Shown here in pieces: positions 60,583 through 64,000 of a stretch of 64,000 nucleotides of DNA; the first letter of the stretch is position 1; every line of letters starts with the position of its first letter. The DNA comes from Iphione sp. A-MEVVRFRX5 (taxonomy: Eukaryota), in NCBI GenBank assembly GCA_976226885.1, contig OZ320313.1, forward strand, positions 56,544,001-56,608,000. The letters are read 5' to 3'. The position numbers were made by a program, and so were the translations under genes. Below the pieces are notes generated by a model. It searched no databases and was not told the DNA's origin. It saw nothing but the letters and a program-made list of their open reading frames with translations.

Positions 60583-62120
60583 AATTCAAATTCAAATTCA
60601 AATCTTTTATTCAATATCTCTGTATATGGTACAGAGGTTTCCAAGAGAATGGTGAAAAAGACGAAATATTAGAACAGTGAAGAAGACAAAATCTCAACAC
60701 ATGGTGACATTACAGACTAGAGGAATAAATCAATAAATTGATTTTAAGTGCTCTGCTCTTTATAGTCACTTCTGGTAACACTCTAGCAGCAGGTGCTAGT
60801 GCTCAAGTCGCTTGATGTACACAGCGATCTTCATACTCAGTAGGATAGCTGCTACATTCCTATACGCTGTAACCTTAAAGACCATTGATTACTCACAAGC
60901 CTGTAGATCAAGACACGGTTATGAGCTGTTGCACATATACCTATCACTCTGACTGCGTTTACCAACAGTATTCCATTACATAGAAAGACATCCTATCACA
61001 TGAGAGCAGGTGGTCATTGTATACAGAGCTCTGGATGGTTATAGTGTTAAGCAAGCTCAGTTAGATAGCTGCTTATTAATCTCCTATATAGCAGATTATT
61101 TTGAGCATAGTTTACTGGTAGCCTGTGATTCTTGGCACGTTTAAGAGTTGTGGCACAGGCTCCAGAAACCCACCTAATGAGTACTCTAACAGTAGTTGAT
61201 GTACTGTCTGATCTGTCATGGCAAACATTTTCACATAGTCACAAAACCCCCATCTGTTCACCCTAACTGTCAGTCGGTCATCACAGTTGTCCAGTGACTG
61301 GCTGGCTCGCGTGGAGCATGGCTAAGCTGCAGCGACCCTCCTGGATATGATGGATGATTGTGATAGCACAGTTACCTTCACCTAGAAGTGCACTGTCATA
61401 ACGCAAGCACCCTCAGCCTAGTGTGCCAGTGTTACCCCCGTTTGAGCCCCACCCAGTGCACCAGTCACCCACGAATACCATAGCTTCAGGATCCAGGTCA
61501 TTCAAGCATTGCAGCTGCCCCCCTCGGCAATTTGTCCGTTGCTTTTATTTCAGGGCTGAGGGAATTCCAGCGCCTCACTGCTGCATATGCTAGAGAGCCT
61601 GCAAACAGACTACTCTTTGGCTTAGAGACCGGTATTTGAGGTCTTGCCCCCGTCTGGTGTTAGTTGTTGTTGACATCTCCACAAGCCCTAGGTTATAGAG
61701 CTTGTGGATAGCCATCACTCCTTTGAAGTGTACCAAGGATTCGATGCGCTCGATGCCAAACTTTGCTTGCAGCACATGCGCGGATATGTATGCCCCATCC
61801 TGAATTGCAAGCCTGGCACATCTGTTGAGATGCACTTGCAGTCGAACGATGTCCCCCCGTGATATGCAGAATAGCATGACCATGTGGTAGTGAAGTATTG
61901 ACACAACAAGCACTTTGAAGAGGGTAATGCTTGCAGCAACCGGTAGTATTCTCTTTGCCCTGCTGATCCGGGTCGAAGTTGCCCACATGGTGGACTTGAT
62001 CTTCCTGACGGCTGCCCCGCATCACAGTTTTGAGTCCAAGTGAAACCCAAGCAGTTTCACTTCCTTGGCCATCTCTAGGCTGGTGCCATCCACCACTATG
62101 TCTAAGTTAACACGACGCCT
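60583..62120 (-). mobile_element. 5'-truncated L2/CR1-group LINE: ORF2 C-terminus, about 900-bp 3'UTR, (TTTGAA)n tail
   Basis: EVKLLGFHLDS, RILPVAASITLFKVLVVSILHY, RLQVHLNRCARL, AYAAVRRWNSL; AATAAA and tail at about 60583-60609. Confidence 0.8.
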
Positions 62121-62235
62121 TTCCTAATATGTGACCCGTTCCAGTGAAATGAGTCGGAAGTCGAAAAAAAATCAAATTTGAGTTATATATTCCATGAAAA
62201 AATGCTGTTTCTGACCTTTCAAACAAGGTATAGTG

Positions 62236-62770
62236 TGTATAATGGCAGTCAAGGGTCTCAACAGAAGACACACTGAGTTTGGCTTGGATCTTGTTTATTT
62301 GCCACAGTTCTCACAAACCCATGCATATGTCTCCGTGAAAACTTTAATAAAAATAAAGAAATACCCTGCTTAGAATTCTGACTAATACAAATGGCCAAAA
62401 AGGTTATACACACTCCAAGAAATTACAGACTTGGGGCCTCACTACCACTACTGGGTCGTACAATTAAATCTCTTGGCAGGCATACAAGTCAAACTGACAA
62501 GTTTAGAATCAAAACCTGAAGCTATACATAGTCTAAAATATGAAATAACTATACATGCATGTACACTACAAGTTTATCTAACATAAGCATATGTTTACTA
62601 ACCTCCTTGGTCCTTTCTTGTGGTTGAAAAACATCAATTTTGGCAGAGAAATCCACATAAAGTCAGTTCCTACTGGCTGCCATCTTGTTTCTGCCTCAAT
62701 CCCAGAATTCCTTGGGAATTCATTTACATAACTGCCACTAGAGGGCAGCAACTACATGCCTACTCTTACA
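62236..62770 (-). mobile_element. 3' LTR of a BEL/Pao retrotransposon (about 535 bp, TGTAA...TATACA)
   Basis: Polypurine tract GAGGAGCCA (62779-62771) directly followed by TGT; AATAAA near the distal end; ends in ACA. Confidence 0.7.
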
Positions 62771-62988
62771 TGGCTCCTCAAAAAATTAGAAATAATTTTT
62801 TCTCTACAAAATACTAACTTGCTTATCAAAGTAACACAACACTTCAATCTGAGTAAACATCTTAGATATACAATGTATGCAAAAAATACATAACTGACTT
62901 TGTCAACTAAAACACTAAGTTCACTGGCAGTCTACTCAGAAACCAGAACAACAAAATCAAGGCTTCTCGATGGGGATCTCTGGTCTCC

Positions 62989-64000
62989 CTAGTCTCCAAC
63001 CAACAAAATTAGCTTCTGGATAGGACGTTCAAGGTATGCAAGTTGTTTGACACGCTTGCCTTTGGCATTCAAGCTTGGGTCACCCATCCTTAGTTTTACC
63101 TTGCGCACATGACCATCGTCATCAATGATCGTCTCATCCACTCGACCTAATTGCCAACAATTTCTTGGCAAATTGTCATCCTTGATGATCACAATATCAC
63201 CAACTCTAAGATCACGGTGTGGGCGCACCCACCATTGTCGCTCTTGCATATTCTGAAGAAATTCCTTTCTCCAGCGAGACCAAAACTCATTGGCCAAATG
63301 TTGTACTCTACGCCAACGTTTTCGAAGGTACAAATCTGTACGTTGAAATTCACCAGGAGGTGGAAGCACAATCTTTGACTTCATCGTCAGGAGATGATTC
63401 GGAGTCAGAGGTTCAGGGGAGGTTGGATCATTCAGGTTTTCTATTGTAAGGGGCCTGCTGTTGATAATGGCAGCGGCTTCACACATAAAGGTTCTCAGTG
63501 ATTCATCATCAAGTTGTGATCCTGCTTGATCCATCAGTGACCCTAGAATACTCCGCACTGTCCTTATTTGTCTCTCCCAAACACCACCTCTGTGACTTGC
63601 AGAAGGTACATTCATCTTAAATTCAAAGTCACATCCTTCTGCTAAAAGAGCTCTTTGCAATTGCTTAGGATTCATCTCTTGCAATGCTTCCTTTAGCTCT
63701 CTTTTTGCTCCAACAAAGTTGGTGCCTTGATCTGATCTCAGTTGCCTTATAGGGCCACGAACTGAGATAAATCTTCGCAAGGCATTGATAAATGAGTCAG
63801 TCTCCAGAGAATTTGCTGTCTCTAAGTGAACTGCTCGTGAAGCCATACAGGTGAAAAGCACACCATACCGTTTCATCTCTTTGCGACCTTCCTTTATGTA
63901 CCAAGGTCCAAAGTAATCAACTCCACAGTATGTAAATGGTGGTGCTGGCTTAAGTCGATCTTCAGGCAAGTCTGCCATTTTCTGCTCTTGAGCTTTAGTA
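62989..64000 (-). CDS. BEL/Pao retrotransposon pol C-terminus (integrase and DUF5641-like tail), open to the window edge
   Basis: MADLPEDR, PPFTYCGVDYFGP, FTCMASRAVHLE, SDQGTNFVGA, GGVWERQIRTVR, PLTPNHLL, RWRRVQHLANEFWSRWRKEFL, VGDIV, ERPIQKL. Confidence 0.95.
   Translation of the reverse strand, partial: TKAQEQKMADLPEDRLKPAPPFTYCGVDYFGPWYIKEGRKEMKRYGVLFTCMASRAVHLETANSLETDSFINALRRFISVRGPIRQLRSDQGTNFVGAKRELKEALQEMNPKQLQRALLAEGCDFEFKMNVPSASHRGGVWERQIRTVRSILGSLMDQAGSQLDDESLRTFMCEAAAIINSRPLTIENLNDPTSPEPLTPNHLLTMKSKIVLPPPGEFQRTDLYLRKRWRRVQHLANEFWSRWRKEFLQNMQERQWWVRPHRDLRVGDIVIIKDDNLPRNCWQLGRVDETIIDDDGHVRKVKLRMGDPSLNAKGKRVKQLAYLERPIQKLILLVGD

Overview
AT-rich animal genomic DNA, probably a marine invertebrate (inferred from repeat content, not proven), with two assembly gaps (6784-7011, 54576-54773). 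The main host feature is missed by the ORF track: a minus-strand gene of at least 20 coding exons (33385 to 13967). I spliced it by hand into one 1791-nt frame (596 aa plus stop): a long coiled coil, a linker with two RRS[T/S] motifs, an EF-hand pair and a C-terminal CaaX motif (SKTCVVQ*). I cannot assign it to a named family. The rest is mostly mobile DNA: a decayed piggyBac whose transposase has two spliceosomal-type introns; a decayed Ngaro/DIRS-type tyrosine-recombinase retrotransposon; a young CR1/L2-group LINE with intact ORF2 and an SGNH-esterase-like ORF1, inserted next to a host splice acceptor; several decayed LINEs; a pogo/Tigger transposase remnant; the 3' end of a BEL/Pao LTR element; and nested MITEs (PIF/Harbinger-, piggyBac- and Tc1/pogo-type), SINEs and tandem repeats. 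Several CpG-rich stretches (34.9-39.2 kb, 50-57 kb) remain unexplained. No CRISPR array, rRNA or true tRNA gene was found.
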